Assembly: GCA_963835065.1 (NCBI GenBank)
Contig: CAWIEK010000049.1
Location: forward strand, 672,001 to 736,000
DNA from: an uncultured Chthonomonadaceae bacterium
Lineage (GTDB): Bacteria > Armatimonadota > Chthonomonadetes > Chthonomonadales > Chthonomonadaceae
Direction of reading: 5' to 3'
DNA: 64,000 nucleotides
The notes beneath the pieces are model-generated. The model saw only the letters and a list, made by a program, of their open reading frames with translations. It did not search any database and had not been told where the DNA came from. The position numbers and the translations under genes are program-made. Each line of letters opens with the position of its first letter. Within the stretch, counting starts at the first letter, position 1. Of this stretch, positions 41,399-51,822 are shown piece by piece.

Positions 41399-41666
41399 AC
41401 CACAGAGGCACAGAGACACAGAGGGGTCACAGAGAAGAACAGGAGAGGAGGAGAGGGAACCGCGAAATACACGAAATAAACGAAACAGAACCAAAAGTAA
41501 AAGAGTAAAGCCGTGAGAGAACCTTGTGAAGATTGGCTCTTCTTTGCCCCCTTTGCCTCTTTGCGGTTATTTTCGCTTTCTTTTTTCGTTTTGGTTTGTA
41601 TATTTCGCGGTTCTTCCCCCTGGAATTTTTCTGTAATTCCTCTGTGTCTCTGTGCGTCTGTGGTGA
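41399..41666. repeat. Nested inverted repeat (ACCACAGAG.CACAGAG outer arms; AACCGCGAAATA middle arms)
   Basis: Starts 5 nt after the stop of the carB N-half. Confidence 0.8.
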
Positions 41667-41685
41667 GAAATTCCAAAGGTTATAC

Positions 41686-42762
41686 ATGCGTATTGCTCTT
41701 GACGAAATAGACCCGCATATCGCCGCGTTGTATGCGGACAAGGCTCCCGCGCAGCCCGCGAACGCGACGCCGCGACGCCCTCAGCGCCCGCGTTTGTCAC
41801 GCCGCAGGCACATGGCGCTCGTTGCGTCCCTCGTCGCGCCACCTATACTCGGCGCGCAATTTGCTACCTTTGTAGAAAGACAACTTTCCTATAGTATACA
41901 TGGGTTGTTCTGGATTGTATGGTTTGGAACCTGGGCAATAGGTACAAGCCTGGGATGCCGCGTGACGCTGAAGGGGCGGCTTGCTTCGCGTCGTTCTGCC
42001 GCTTTAACGTATATCAACGCGCTTGTTGCGCCCACACTGGGTTTTGCTGCTGCCATAACCTTTGCCGGAGCCGTTACCGGCTTCTCCTTTTTCGCTTTCT
42101 GTATGGTATGGCTGGCAGTTTCCTTGCCTGCCGCACTAGTGGGAAACCACATCGCTTTGAACACCGCGCCTCAAAGAGAAAGCATTACCACCTTGCAAGC
42201 GGAAAACCTGCGGGACGTTTTCGGTTCTTTATCCCTGACACGAACGGAGCGCGTGTACTGCGACGTACTACAGTTCCTTTCTCGCGCACAGCCCAATGTC
42301 GAAACCGAACAGACAATGCGCGAAACGCTGCGCCAACTCAATGACTTGATGCAAAGCAGCCGACAATTGGAAGAGCAGCGTCTGAGTCTGCTGCCCCTGC
42401 TCGGAGCCAATGTCGTACCCGAATTGCGAGCCGAATACGACCGTCTAAAACAACGGTTGGACGCGGCCAACGACCAGATTACCCGCGCCTCCCTGGAGCA
42501 AAGCCGCCGCATGGTGCTGTCGCGCATTGACGACGCGCACAGCCTGCAAACCGGCCTGGAACGCCTGAACACGCAGCAGGAAGCAATTGCGCAAACCCTG
42601 TCGTCTACGCTGTCCGCGCTTGGACGTATGCAGTTGACTGCCGACGCGCGCCCCGAATTTGCCATGAACGACATCGCGGAAACCGTAACACAGATGAACC
42701 AGCAGACTATTGCCGTAGAAAGCGCCGTAGAAGAAGTTTTAACCTTGCGAGCCTTTAATTAA
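41686..42762 (+). CDS. Hypothetical membrane protein with a C-terminal coiled coil
   Basis: MRIALDEIDPHIAA, four TM segments, heptad-rich tail. Confidence 0.8.
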   Translation: MRIALDEIDPHIAALYADKAPAQPANATPRRPQRPRLSRRRHMALVASLVAPPILGAQFATFVERQLSYSIHGLFWIVWFGTWAIGTSLGCRVTLKGRLASRRSAALTYINALVAPTLGFAAAITFAGAVTGFSFFAFCMVWLAVSLPAALVGNHIALNTAPQRESITTLQAENLRDVFGSLSLTRTERVYCDVLQFLSRAQPNVETEQTMRETLRQLNDLMQSSRQLEEQRLSLLPLLGANVVPELRAEYDRLKQRLDAANDQITRASLEQSRRMVLSRIDDAHSLQTGLERLNTQQEAIAQTLSSTLSALGRMQLTADARPEFAMNDIAETVTQMNQQTIAVESAVEEVLTLRAFN

Positions 42763-42915
42763 AACGAGGTTCAAGCGTGATTAAGCCATAATTAGGTGGT
42801 GGCTTTTGCCGTAAACTGCCCCTCGATTCGCGTATGGAATGTAAACAGCGACACTGTACCGCTCAATCAATAAAGTTTACTGTCCCTGGATAACGTTTAC
42901 CGGAAGGCAACCCTG

Positions 42916-43866
42916 ATGCAGATAGGCTTAGATGATCTTGATCCGCAAATCGCCGCGAAGATGGAGGAGCGCCTGGCCGCGCCCCTGCACCACTATCTAC
43001 AGGACGATATTTTCTTCGGCATGTCCACGCGCTACAACATTCCCGGCTTTGTGCGCGGCATGAACGAGCGCGACGCGACAGAAGAAGAGCGCCGCGCCTT
43101 CGAGCATCGCCTGGAACGAGACAATGTGCAGGGCAATGTCGCCCGCGCCCGCTTCCTCGCGTTCTTTCTGGCCGCGATTGCCGGTTCGCTTGTCGCCTCC
43201 GTCACGCCCATCATCGGCATCATGTTCGCCCTGTTTACCTGGCTGCTGATTTTGCAGTCCACGTCGCACCAGATCGCGTATCGCCGTCCCGCCAACGTTT
43301 TGCGCCGGACGGTCAATGTGGAAGAACTCAACGCCGTGGTGCCCCTGCTGAAACTGTCCTCATTCGAGCGCACGTATGCCAACACGCTGCTGTGGCTCGT
43401 CAATCGGGAACACTACGCGGACGAAAATTCTCTCCGCGCCACCCTGCATGATTTGAATAAACTGCTGACGAACGCGCGACAGATGGAGCGGCAGAAGCAG
43501 CAGATCGAGGAAGCCATCCAGAACGACAGCGTGACCAATCTGGAAGCGCAACAGCACAGCATTGCGGAACAACTGGCGCAGGCGGAAGACTCGGTTGTCC
43601 GCCACGCCCTGTCTCAAAGCCTGACGCTGTGCGAAACGCGCCTGAACAATGCCCGTTCGCTCGAAACCAGCCTGAAACGCCTGGACGCGCAGCGCGAAGT
43701 GATACAGCAGACGTTTGCCCTCGTGCAATCGTCCCTGACGCACAGCCACGTTTCGCAGGTGCAGGCTACGGTTCCGCACGTCACGCATATTCAGCAATCC
43801 GTGTCGGAAATGGCATCCTCGGTAGAAAAATCCGTGCAGGAGATGCTGACGCTGCATGGGGAGTGA
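42916..43866 (+). CDS. Paralogous hypothetical membrane protein with a coiled coil
   Basis: MQIGLDDLDPQIAA, LSSFERTY, VEKSVQEMLTL align with the previous gene. Confidence 0.8.
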   Translation: MQIGLDDLDPQIAAKMEERLAAPLHHYLQDDIFFGMSTRYNIPGFVRGMNERDATEEERRAFEHRLERDNVQGNVARARFLAFFLAAIAGSLVASVTPIIGIMFALFTWLLILQSTSHQIAYRRPANVLRRTVNVEELNAVVPLLKLSSFERTYANTLLWLVNREHYADENSLRATLHDLNKLLTNARQMERQKQQIEEAIQNDSVTNLEAQQHSIAEQLAQAEDSVVRHALSQSLTLCETRLNNARSLETSLKRLDAQREVIQQTFALVQSSLTHSHVSQVQATVPHVTHIQQSVSEMASSVEKSVQEMLTLHGE

Positions 43867-43872
43867 GGAGGA

Positions 43873-43947
43873 GAAGTGATGAATGATGAATGATGAGTGA
43901 TGAACAGAATACCCATTCATCACTCATCATTCATCATTCATCACTTC
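43873..43947. repeat. Heptamer-arm inverted repeat (GATGAAT)n / (ATTCATC)n with a short core
   Basis: Directly upstream of the carB C-half. Confidence 0.85.
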
Positions 43948-43968
43948 CTGATTTGAAGGGAGTTCTTT

Positions 43969-45555
43969 TTGAACGGGGATGGACAGCGCGGGAAAATTGT
44001 GGTGATTGGGTCGGGGCCGATACGGATTGGGCAGGGGATTGAGTTTGACTACTGCTCCGTGCATTGCGTTTGGGCGTTGCGGGAAGCGGGCTATGCCGCG
44101 CTGATTATCAACAACAACCCGGAAACCGTGTCTACGGATTTTGATACGTCCGACCGCTTGTTTTTTGAGCCGCTTACGACTGAAGATGTGCTGAACATTC
44201 TGGATCGGGAGCAGCCGGAAGGCGTGATCGTGCAGTTCGGCGGGCAAACGGCTATCAACTTAGCCAAACCGCTGCATGACGCGGGTATCAAGATTTTCGG
44301 CTCGTCTCATGACAGCATTGATCTGGCCGAAGACCGAGATCGCTTTGAAAAAGTGCTGAACGAACTGGAAATCCCCAAGCCTGCCGGTCGCGCCATTACC
44401 CATGTGGAAGCCGCGCTTGTGGTGGCGGAAGAAATCGGCTACCCGGTTCTCGTCCGTCCCTCCTATGTGCTTGGCGGGCGGGCAATGGAAATCGTGTACA
44501 ACGCCGATGATTTACGCCGCTACATGCAGTACGCCGTAGACGTTTCGCCCAAAGCCCCTATCCTCGTAGACAAGTACATTTTGGGCAAGGAAGTGGAAGT
44601 GGACGTTATCAGCGACGGCGTGGATTGCCTTCTGCCCGGCATCATGGAACACATTGAGCGCGCGGGAGTTCATTCCGGCGACAGCATGGCCGTGTATCCG
44701 CCTCAATCCCTTTCTGAAGACATTATCGCGCAGATTGTTCGCAGCGCAACCCGTATCGCGCAGCGTTTGGAAGTGCGTGGCCTGATGAACATTCAGTTTG
44801 TCGTGGATCACGCGACGGAAACCGCGCAGGTATTGGAAGTAAACCCCCGCGCCTCCCGTACTGTTCCCTATTTAAGCAAGATTACCGGCGTCCCGATGGT
44901 TAAAGTCGCCACAAAGGTGATGCTTGGCGAGTCGCTCCAATCGCAGGGCTATCAATCCGGCCTGTACCCCAATCAGGGCAGTATCGCCGTAAAAGCGCCC
45001 GTGTTTTCGTTCCAGAAACTCGCCAAAGTAGACATCAGCCTGGGACCGGAAATGAAAAGCACGGGCGAAATTATGGGAATGGACGCGCAGTACCCGCTCG
45101 CCCTGTACAAAGCAATGGTGGCGTCAGGTATCGGCGTTCCCAACGGCGGCAGCATGATCGTCACGGTTGCGGATGCCGACAAAGCGGAAGCCGTGCCGAT
45201 TGTGCGCGATTTCGCCCGCCTGGGCTTCCGCGTGTTCGCAACGGGCGGCACGGCGCGTTACCTACAGGAACACGATATACCCGCAGAAACCGTAAAAAAA
45301 CTGCATGACGGCGAAGGCAACATCGTGGATTTAATTCGCAGTGGTGAAATAAACCTGCTCATCAACACGCTTTCTAACGACAAGCGCATCGAGCGGGAAG
45401 GCGCGCGCATCCGCCGCGCATCCGTTGAAGCGGGCGTTCCCTGCCTGACCAGCCTCGACACCGCCCGCGCCCTTGCCATCGCCCTCGAAGCCCGACAGCG
45501 CGGCGACGAGTTCGCCCTGGCAACAGTGGATGAATACATGAAGAGACAAGGATGA
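43969..45555 (+). CDS. carB: Carbamoyl-phosphate synthase large subunit, C-terminal half with MGS domain
   Basis: [45 protein letters not shown] start with GAAGGGGAG SD. Confidence 0.95.
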   Translation: MNGDGQRGKIVVIGSGPIRIGQGIEFDYCSVHCVWALREAGYAALIINNNPETVSTDFDTSDRLFFEPLTTEDVLNILDREQPEGVIVQFGGQTAINLAKPLHDAGIKIFGSSHDSIDLAEDRDRFEKVLNELEIPKPAGRAITHVEAALVVAEEIGYPVLVRPSYVLGGRAMEIVYNADDLRRYMQYAVDVSPKAPILVDKYILGKEVEVDVISDGVDCLLPGIMEHIERAGVHSGDSMAVYPPQSLSEDIIAQIVRSATRIAQRLEVRGLMNIQFVVDHATETAQVLEVNPRASRTVPYLSKITGVPMVKVATKVMLGESLQSQGYQSGLYPNQGSIAVKAPVFSFQKLAKVDISLGPEMKSTGEIMGMDAQYPLALYKAMVASGIGVPNGGSMIVTVADADKAEAVPIVRDFARLGFRVFATGGTARYLQEHDIPAETVKKLHDGEGNIVDLIRSGEINLLINTLSNDKRIEREGARIRRASVEAGVPCLTSLDTARALAIALEARQRGDEFALATVDEYMKRQG

Positions 45556-45732
45556 AGGACGGAAGATAAGGATGAAAGATGAAGGATGAAGGATGAACTT
45601 GGTTTCTTCCTTGCCTTACTTCAATTTATAATATACCAAAGAACAACCCCTCTCCAGCATTGGAAAGGGGTTGTTTTAAAATGAAGGTGAGGCAGCAGGA
45701 ATGTTTTCATCCTTCATCCTTCATCCTTGTCT
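45544..45732. repeat. (GATGAAG)n / (CTTCATC)n inverted repeat enclosing a terminator-like hairpin
   Basis: Spans two convergent stop codons; inner AACAACCCC..GGGGTTGTT hairpin. Confidence 0.8.
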
Positions 45733-46529
45733 TACAGTGTGCCGCCCGCCGCGCCTGCGCCTGCGCCCGCGCCGGGTCCGTTGTTGCGGCGTCCACCGCC
45801 GAAGCCGCCGAAGGCCGGCTGCGGATGGTCACGGGTGTACTTTTCCACCATCGCGCGTTGCGTGGGCGTCAGGAGCGCAGAAACTTTGTCCTGGTTGTCT
45901 TTCTGCATCGCCATCATATCTTCGCGGGACATGCGCTGACCGGACTGTTGCGCCGCCTGCCGCTTGTCGCGCATTTCCTGCTGGCTCTGGGTCGCCTGCG
46001 CCAGAATCTTTTTCTTCTGGTCGGCGGTGAGCTTCAGGTCGCCAAGAACGCCGGAAGGAATGCCCGCCTGCTGCATCGCGGTCAATTCTTGCAGGAAGGC
46101 CGGCAGTTTCGCTTTCTGGTCATCCGTCAGGACCGCCTGAATGTCCGTATCGGCTTTGGTGTTGATTTCGCGGCGCTTCTGGAAGGCTTCCTGCATCGCC
46201 TGCGGATCGGCGGGCGGCTGGCCCGGCGTGAACGCGGGCGGGGCAGGCAAGGCTTTGGTATCGGCATCCTTCTTGTCCAGAATCGTCTTGATTTTCGACT
46301 TCTGATCCGCCGTGAGCGTCAGGCCGGTGTCAATCGTACCGACAGACAGGCTCGCCAGCGTCACGCCGCCGAACTGTCCGAAACCGCCTTGTCCGCGTCC
46401 CTGGCGACCCCCGCCAGCGGCAGGCGCTTGTCCGCCAGCAGCCGGAGCCCCCTGTGCCCATGCGCCTATGCCTGTGCAGGTCAATGCCAATGCGGTGAGA
46501 CTCAGCAGCCCTAATGTGTTGCGTTTCAT
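45732..46529 (-). CDS. Secreted Spy/CpxP-like (LTXXQ) protein
   Basis: Signal peptide; LTADQK, VLTDDQK, LLTPTQR motifs. Confidence 0.75.
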   Translation of the reverse strand: MKRNTLGLLSLTALALTCTGIGAWAQGAPAAGGQAPAAGGGRQGRGQGGFGQFGGVTLASLSVGTIDTGLTLTADQKSKIKTILDKKDADTKALPAPPAFTPGQPPADPQAMQEAFQKRREINTKADTDIQAVLTDDQKAKLPAFLQELTAMQQAGIPSGVLGDLKLTADQKKKILAQATQSQQEMRDKRQAAQQSGQRMSREDMMAMQKDNQDKVSALLTPTQRAMVEKYTRDHPQPAFGGFGGGRRNNGPGAGAGAGAAGGTL

Positions 46530-46769
46530 TCGTTACATCCTCCCCTTGAAATAGGTGAATAGTGAGTGCGCGTGAATAGAGGGTGCATCCTCCCTACTCA
46601 TGTTTTCTGTGCCGACTGATAGACGCCTACGGTTCCGAAAAGTTATGTTCTTGATTCGATTTTTGTGAAAAATAATTCGTAACGCTGGCAACCCCTGCAC
46701 TTCGAAAACGCGCAGGAAGCGTATTTACAGGAGCGTAGAGGTTGATTTACAGTTATGGAGAACTTAATT

Positions 46770-47453
46770 CTAAGGTTGGGCGTTATGAGAAGCGCGATGC
46801 TGCCGATGCAGATGGTAGCGTTTCGGCTCCACTTGTTGACTCTGGCTCATGCGCTGATCGGAACTTTCCCCATTGCCGGGTTTGGTTTGCAAGGCTAAGG
46901 CGCGGTTATATTCCTGCGTCATCAGGCTTGCAATTTGATTCCTCTGTTCGGAGTTCAGCGTCATGGCGATGTCACGCGAAGTTCGGCGCGATACTTCGGC
47001 GCGTTGTTGTTGCATGGCAAGCACGGCATCCGGTTCGCCCTGTTTGTCCGGTGACATCACAAGCGCTTGCATCTGCGTCTTCTGCCGGTTCAAAATCGCC
47101 TGTATCTGTTCGCGCTGCATCGCGCTCAATTTCATCTTCGTATCTATCACGTCTACGGACATATCGGACAAGTGCTTGCTCGTATCGAGCGTTTGCGGCT
47201 GATCCACATTCTTTCGCGCCCCTGCCAACTCCTGAACCGACGGTTCTGCGCCCGTCTCATTCTCATTGGTTTGCGCCCGTGTATTGGAGTTTGCCGGTCT
47301 GTTCGTTCCGGCCTGTTTGCCTACATCGGGATTGGCGTTTTGAGCCGAAGCCATTCCCGCCGAGCAGATCAGCGCGAGTGCCACTGATCCAAATATTTTG
47401 CCGTTGTTGTGTCGCATCATGGCTATTTGTTCTCCAATTGACGTCAGGATCAA
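46770..47453 (-). CDS. Secreted helical protein, LTXXQ-like
   Basis: Signal peptide ending ASA-Q; LSAMQR, LNSEQR; likely start near 47420. Confidence 0.6.
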   Translation of the reverse strand: MILTSIGEQIAMMRHNNGKIFGSVALALICSAGMASAQNANPDVGKQAGTNRPANSNTRAQTNENETGAEPSVQELAGARKNVDQPQTLDTSKHLSDMSVDVIDTKMKLSAMQREQIQAILNRQKTQMQALVMSPDKQGEPDAVLAMQQQRAEVSRRTSRDIAMTLNSEQRNQIASLMTQEYNRALALQTKPGNGESSDQRMSQSQQVEPKRYHLHRQHRASHNAQP

Positions 47454-47529
47454 TTGTACAGCCTGCCCCGAAATGGCAGGTAACTGCCGAAAAGACGCGC
47501 CACTTTCAACGAATGTTCAAATTTTTTCG

Positions 47530-49869
47530 TCAGCGAACGCGCGAACCGGAGGGAACATCGGTATCGGGCGCGAGCAGGATGGCGCGGCCTTCCACGTCGG
47601 CAGCCAATAACATGCCCTGCGACTCGATGCCGCGCATTTTGCGGGGCTGTAAGTTGGCGACCACAACCACTTTGCGCCCGACCAGCGCATCCGGCTGATA
47701 ATACTCGGCGATACCCGCCAAAATCGTGCGCGTATCGTCCTCGCCAAGCTGCACGGTCAACCGCAGCAGTTTTGTCGCGTTGGGAACCGGCTCTGCCGCC
47801 AGCACCTCTCCCACCCGCAGTTCCACCTTCATAAAATCATCAATCGTAATCGGCGCGCTTTCCGGCGCGGCAGCCGGGGCCGCAACCGGCGTACCGGGCG
47901 GAACGGTGGTTGGTGGCTGGTGGTTGGTGGCTGGTGGCTGGCTCAAATTTGTTGTATCGCTCACAGCGTTCGTAGTCTCCTGTTGTTGGATTTTTGATTT
48001 TCGATTTTCGATTGACGATTGGGCTTCTTCTGTTCCCTGTTTCCTGTTCCCTGTTCCCTGTCCTGCTGTCTTCTCCCTCTCTCCTCTTCTCCCCGTCTCC
48101 CCGTCTGCCCCCCTCTGCGCCGGGAAGCTTCCCAAACGCGCGTGGGCGGTGGCGTCAACAGTAAGGTCTTGCAGGCGGGGGAAAATGGGTTGGGGAGAAG
48201 CGACGCGGGTACCTGCCGGCAGTCCGCCCCATTTCAGGTCGTCCCAATTCGCGGCGCGTTCCGACAAATTCAGCCCCAGTTGCGCATAAATGGCATCAGC
48301 GGCAAACGGCATGAACGGCGACACGAGCAGGGCAGTAATGCGCGTGGCTTCCAGACAGGTATACAGCACAAGGGCAAGCTGTTCTTTTGCCGCCTCGTCG
48401 CCACCATTGGCCGCTTTCGCCAGCGCCCAGGGCGCTTTTTCGTCAATGTATTTGTTCATGCGCGCGACAAGCCGCCACACGGCTTCGAGCGCAAGATTCA
48501 GGCGGAACTCGGCCAACGCTTTGGTATAATCTTCCTGCACCTGCAAGGCAAGGGCGGCGATTTCATGGTCATGGTCTGTCGTTTCGGGAACCACGCCCTC
48601 GTAATACTTCACCATCATGTTGATGGTGCGATTGAGCAGGTTGCCCAGATCATTGGCAAGATCGGTGTTGAAGCGGCGCAGGCAGTTTTCTACCGTAAAT
48701 TCGGTATCCATGCCGAAATTCATTTCGCGGCACAGTAAATACCGTTGCGCGTCTGCGCCTAAATCAAATGTCGTGCCCGCGCGCTCGGCCAGAAACTCGG
48801 AAAAGCGCGTCGGGTGCGGCAGCCCGCCCGTGCTTTTGCCCGCCTTCTCTCCCGGCGGCAGTTTCCATTCGGACGGCAGCGTCCACCAGCCATGCGCGAA
48901 CACCTGTTTGGGTAACGGCAAGTCCAGCGCCATCAGCATCGCCGGCCACAGTGTGGCATGGAAGCGCACGAATATCTCCTTGCCCATCAAGTGTACGTCG
49001 GCAGGCCAGAGGGCAAAGGATGAAGGATGAAGGATGAAGGATGAATCAGGAGTTGATTGTTGGTAGTTGATAGTTGATAGCGTATTCGCTTCTGTCTTCT
49101 CTTCATCCTTCATCCTTCCGCCTTCATCCTTATCTGCGTCCGGCCAGCCCGTCGCCGTCAGGTAATTGATCAGGGCGTCGAACCAGACGTAGATAACTTT
49201 GCTGTCGTCGCCGGGGAACGGGATGCCCCACCCTTTGTTGGCGCGGGTGATGCACATATCACGCAGGCCGTCCCTGACAAAAGCAACCACTTCGTTGCGG
49301 CGAAATTCCGGGAGCAGGAAACCTGGATTGGCTTCGATGTGGGCGAGCAGGCGGTCGCCGAACGCGGACAATCGAAAAAAATAGTTTTCCTCTTTCACGC
49401 GCTGCACGGGCTTGCCGGTTTCCCGCGCCGTTCCCCGCTCCTCATCCTGAATAATCACGTCGCTGTCACGGAAAAACGTTTCGTCGCTGACGCTGTACCA
49501 GCCCTCATAAATATCTTTGTAAACGTACCCGCGCTCCAGCAGGCGGGCAAAAAACGTCTGTACGGTTTCAACGTGGCGCGGGTCCGTCGTCCGCATAAAC
49601 ACATCGTAAGCGACGTGCAATTGATCCCAACATTCGCGGAACGCGCCGGCAAGTTCGTCCACGAACTCTTGGGGGGGTACGCCCGCCGCTTCGGCCGCTT
49701 CCTGCACTTTGGTGGCATTCTCATCCGTTCCGGTCAGCAGAAAGGCTTGCCGCCCCCGCAGCCGTTGGTAACGCGCCAATACGTCGCAGGCAACCGTCGT
49801 CAACGCCGCGCCGACATGCGGCAGGCCGTTGACATAATAGATGGGCGTGGTGATGTAGTAGGGTTTCAT
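47530..49869 (-). CDS. metG: Methionine-tRNA ligase with C-terminal tRNA-binding domain
   Basis: YITTPIYYVNGLPHVG, YVWFDALINY, DLANDLGNL, VANLQPRKMRGIESQGM. Confidence 0.97.
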   Translation of the reverse strand: MKPYYITTPIYYVNGLPHVGAALTTVACDVLARYQRLRGRQAFLLTGTDENATKVQEAAEAAGVPPQEFVDELAGAFRECWDQLHVAYDVFMRTTDPRHVETVQTFFARLLERGYVYKDIYEGWYSVSDETFFRDSDVIIQDEERGTARETGKPVQRVKEENYFFRLSAFGDRLLAHIEANPGFLLPEFRRNEVVAFVRDGLRDMCITRANKGWGIPFPGDDSKVIYVWFDALINYLTATGWPDADKDEGGRMKDEEKTEANTLSTINYQQSTPDSSFILHPSSFALWPADVHLMGKEIFVRFHATLWPAMLMALDLPLPKQVFAHGWWTLPSEWKLPPGEKAGKSTGGLPHPTRFSEFLAERAGTTFDLGADAQRYLLCREMNFGMDTEFTVENCLRRFNTDLANDLGNLLNRTINMMVKYYEGVVPETTDHDHEIAALALQVQEDYTKALAEFRLNLALEAVWRLVARMNKYIDEKAPWALAKAANGGDEAAKEQLALVLYTCLEATRITALLVSPFMPFAADAIYAQLGLNLSERAANWDDLKWGGLPAGTRVASPQPIFPRLQDLTVDATAHARLGSFPAQRGADGETGRRGEREKTAGQGTGNRKQGTEEAQSSIENRKSKIQQQETTNAVSDTTNLSQPPATNHQPPTTVPPGTPVAAPAAAPESAPITIDDFMKVELRVGEVLAAEPVPNATKLLRLTVQLGEDDTRTILAGIAEYYQPDALVGRKVVVVANLQPRKMRGIESQGMLLAADVEGRAILLAPDTDVPSGSRVR

Positions 49870-49876
49870 GGCAAGG

Positions 49877-49989
49877 GTAGTCAGTAGTCAGTAGTCAGTA
49901 GTTTTGCAAGCACAGTTTTGCGCGTTGAAAAGCGGAATGTACTCATCCTCCATAACAACGCGCTCCTCTACTGACTACTGACTACTGTC
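49877..49989. repeat. Heptamer-arm inverted repeat (AGTAGTC)n / (GACTACT)n, 66-nt core
   Basis: Upstream of metG. Confidence 0.85.
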
Positions 49990-49996
49990 TACTTCT

Positions 49997-50383
49997 CTAG
50001 GCATTTCTCACTTCCGCTTCGGCCTGTGCCAATGTCATGGGATCGGAGGCGGCTTCGGCGGCGAGTTCTTCTTCCGACAGGGCGGGCGCGTTGAGCAGGG
50101 CGCGGGCGGCTTCCACATTGGACGGCGCGACGTAAATGCCCAGGTTGTGCGTATCGCGTGTTACGGAGTCTACCGCGCCCATTACCGTCGTCACGCTGGC
50201 GCTTTGCAGCATCGCCGGGATGCCGGAAGCCGACAGAGTGGCGCGAACAATGTCGGCTTCTTCGTTGTCCATCGCGGTAAAGATCAGGACAGGTTCATTC
50301 CCCGCCAAAGTTGCGCCCGTATTGACCGTACCGTAAGAACGGGCGGCTTCAACATCCGGGTTGCCCTCAGTTAAATCAGACAA
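49997..50383 (-). CDS. DUF2007-like protein
   Basis: EADIVRATLSASGIPA, IYVAPSNVEAARALL. Confidence 0.7.
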   Translation of the reverse strand: MSDLTEGNPDVEAARSYGTVNTGATLAGNEPVLIFTAMDNEEADIVRATLSASGIPAMLQSASVTTVMGAVDSVTRDTHNLGIYVAPSNVEAARALLNAPALSEEELAAEAASDPMTLAQAEAEVRNA

Positions 50384-50476
50384 TGGTACTCTCCCATTCG
50401 CAAATTTCGTTCATAAAGCGTCTATGCAAGTAAGCGCGAGGCCCTCAACTAACCACCACCCCCCAACCACCCGCCA

Positions 50477-50710
50477 CTAATTGATGCCGCAGCCGCCCAT
50501 GCCCATGCAGCAGCCACCGGGTCTGCCGCAGTCCTGCATGTCCGCCATTGCTGCGCTGCCGTCGGCAGAGGTTCGGGCGGTCACGGAAAGCAGGCGCGAC
50601 ACTTTGGCCGCGCCGCATGTCGGGCATGTTACCTGTTCCAGTTGGTCGGCGCGTTTGAGTGTTTTGAACTCGTTGCGGCAATCTTTGCACATAAATTCAT
50701 AGATGGGCAT
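50477..50710 (-). CDS. FmdB-family zinc-ribbon protein
   Basis: MPIYEFMCKDC..F..CPTCG..RLLS. Confidence 0.9.
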   Translation of the reverse strand: MPIYEFMCKDCRNEFKTLKRADQLEQVTCPTCGAAKVSRLLSVTARTSADGSAAMADMQDCGRPGGCCMGMGGCGIN

Positions 50711-51710
50711 GGTCGTCCTCTCCTTCCGCAAAATCGTCTTCGGGCAAATTACGCGCCAGCGCCAGCAGTTCCGCCGCCAGGTCGGAGGCCCGCTCGGAAG
50801 CCACGTTTAGCGCTTCCCGGCGCGTATCGGCATTGACCGTCACGGCTTCTTCGGCGTCTTCCTGCAACTGCTCCACGCTGCACCCCCGGCAGTCGTGGCA
50901 TTTTTCCGTCTTTTCGATACGCAGTTCCGTTGCGGGAAATTCCAGTTCGGCCTTGCCATCAAGCAACTGTACGAGCGCGATATTAGTTTTGAGGTTCAGG
51001 TCGAGAACCTTGCCCTGCCCGCTTGACGACATCACGATTTCACCGATTTGCGGCAAGCGTATCTTCGGCTCACTGTCCGGGTCGTGTTCGTAGCGCAGGC
51101 AGCACATCAGTTTGCCGCACACGCCGGAAAATTTCACGGGATTGAGAAAAAGGCTTTGATCCTTCGCCATCTTCATGGAAATTGGCGCAAAGTCGGACAG
51201 GAAGGTAGCGCAGCATAGCGTCAGGCCGCACGGCCCGATGCCGCCGATCATTTTGGCCTGATCCCGCGCCCCGACCTGATGCAGTTGTACCTTGCAGCGC
51301 AACTGCCCCGCCACATCCCGGACGAGTTCACGGAAATCCACCCGCGCTTCCGCCGCAAAGTAAATCGTCACCTGACTGCCATCGAAGTTGTACTCCGCCT
51401 GCAGCAGCTTCATGGGCATCTCATGGGATTTCACGCGCTCCTGACATAGGGCAAGCGCCTGCCGCGCCTTAATGCGGTTTTGGCGCTCCTGCTCCAGGTC
51501 GCGGTCTTCGGCTAATCGCATCACGCGCTTCAGGGGCGATTGTATCTCGTCCATGCCGACTTCGCGCAAGCCGATTTTCACAACTCCGAGTTCCGCGCCC
51601 CGCGTGGTTTCCACAATCACGCGGTCACTTTCCTCTAAATTCAGCCCATCCGGGTCGAACCAATACGATTTGGCAACGCGCTTGAACGCGACGCCGACAC
51701 AAACCGGCAT
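50697..51710 (-). CDS. PSP1-domain protein (YaaT/RicT family)
   Basis: RVDFRELVRD, GGIGPCG..CC, SMKMAKDQ, SGVCGKLMCCLRYE. Confidence 0.93.
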   Translation of the reverse strand: MPVCVGVAFKRVAKSYWFDPDGLNLEESDRVIVETTRGAELGVVKIGLREVGMDEIQSPLKRVMRLAEDRDLEQERQNRIKARQALALCQERVKSHEMPMKLLQAEYNFDGSQVTIYFAAEARVDFRELVRDVAGQLRCKVQLHQVGARDQAKMIGGIGPCGLTLCCATFLSDFAPISMKMAKDQSLFLNPVKFSGVCGKLMCCLRYEHDPDSEPKIRLPQIGEIVMSSSGQGKVLDLNLKTNIALVQLLDGKAELEFPATELRIEKTEKCHDCRGCSVEQLQEDAEEAVTVNADTRREALNVASERASDLAAELLALARNLPEDDFAEGEDDHAHL

Positions 51711-51822
51711 AATAGTTACTTCCTTGCTTGTAATGTCCAGCCAGCCTGTTCCTCTTACAGAAGAAATGCTCTGAATATGTTAGGCAGCGTCCAGTGAATG
51801 ACAGTAAATTACCGCGCAGGCG

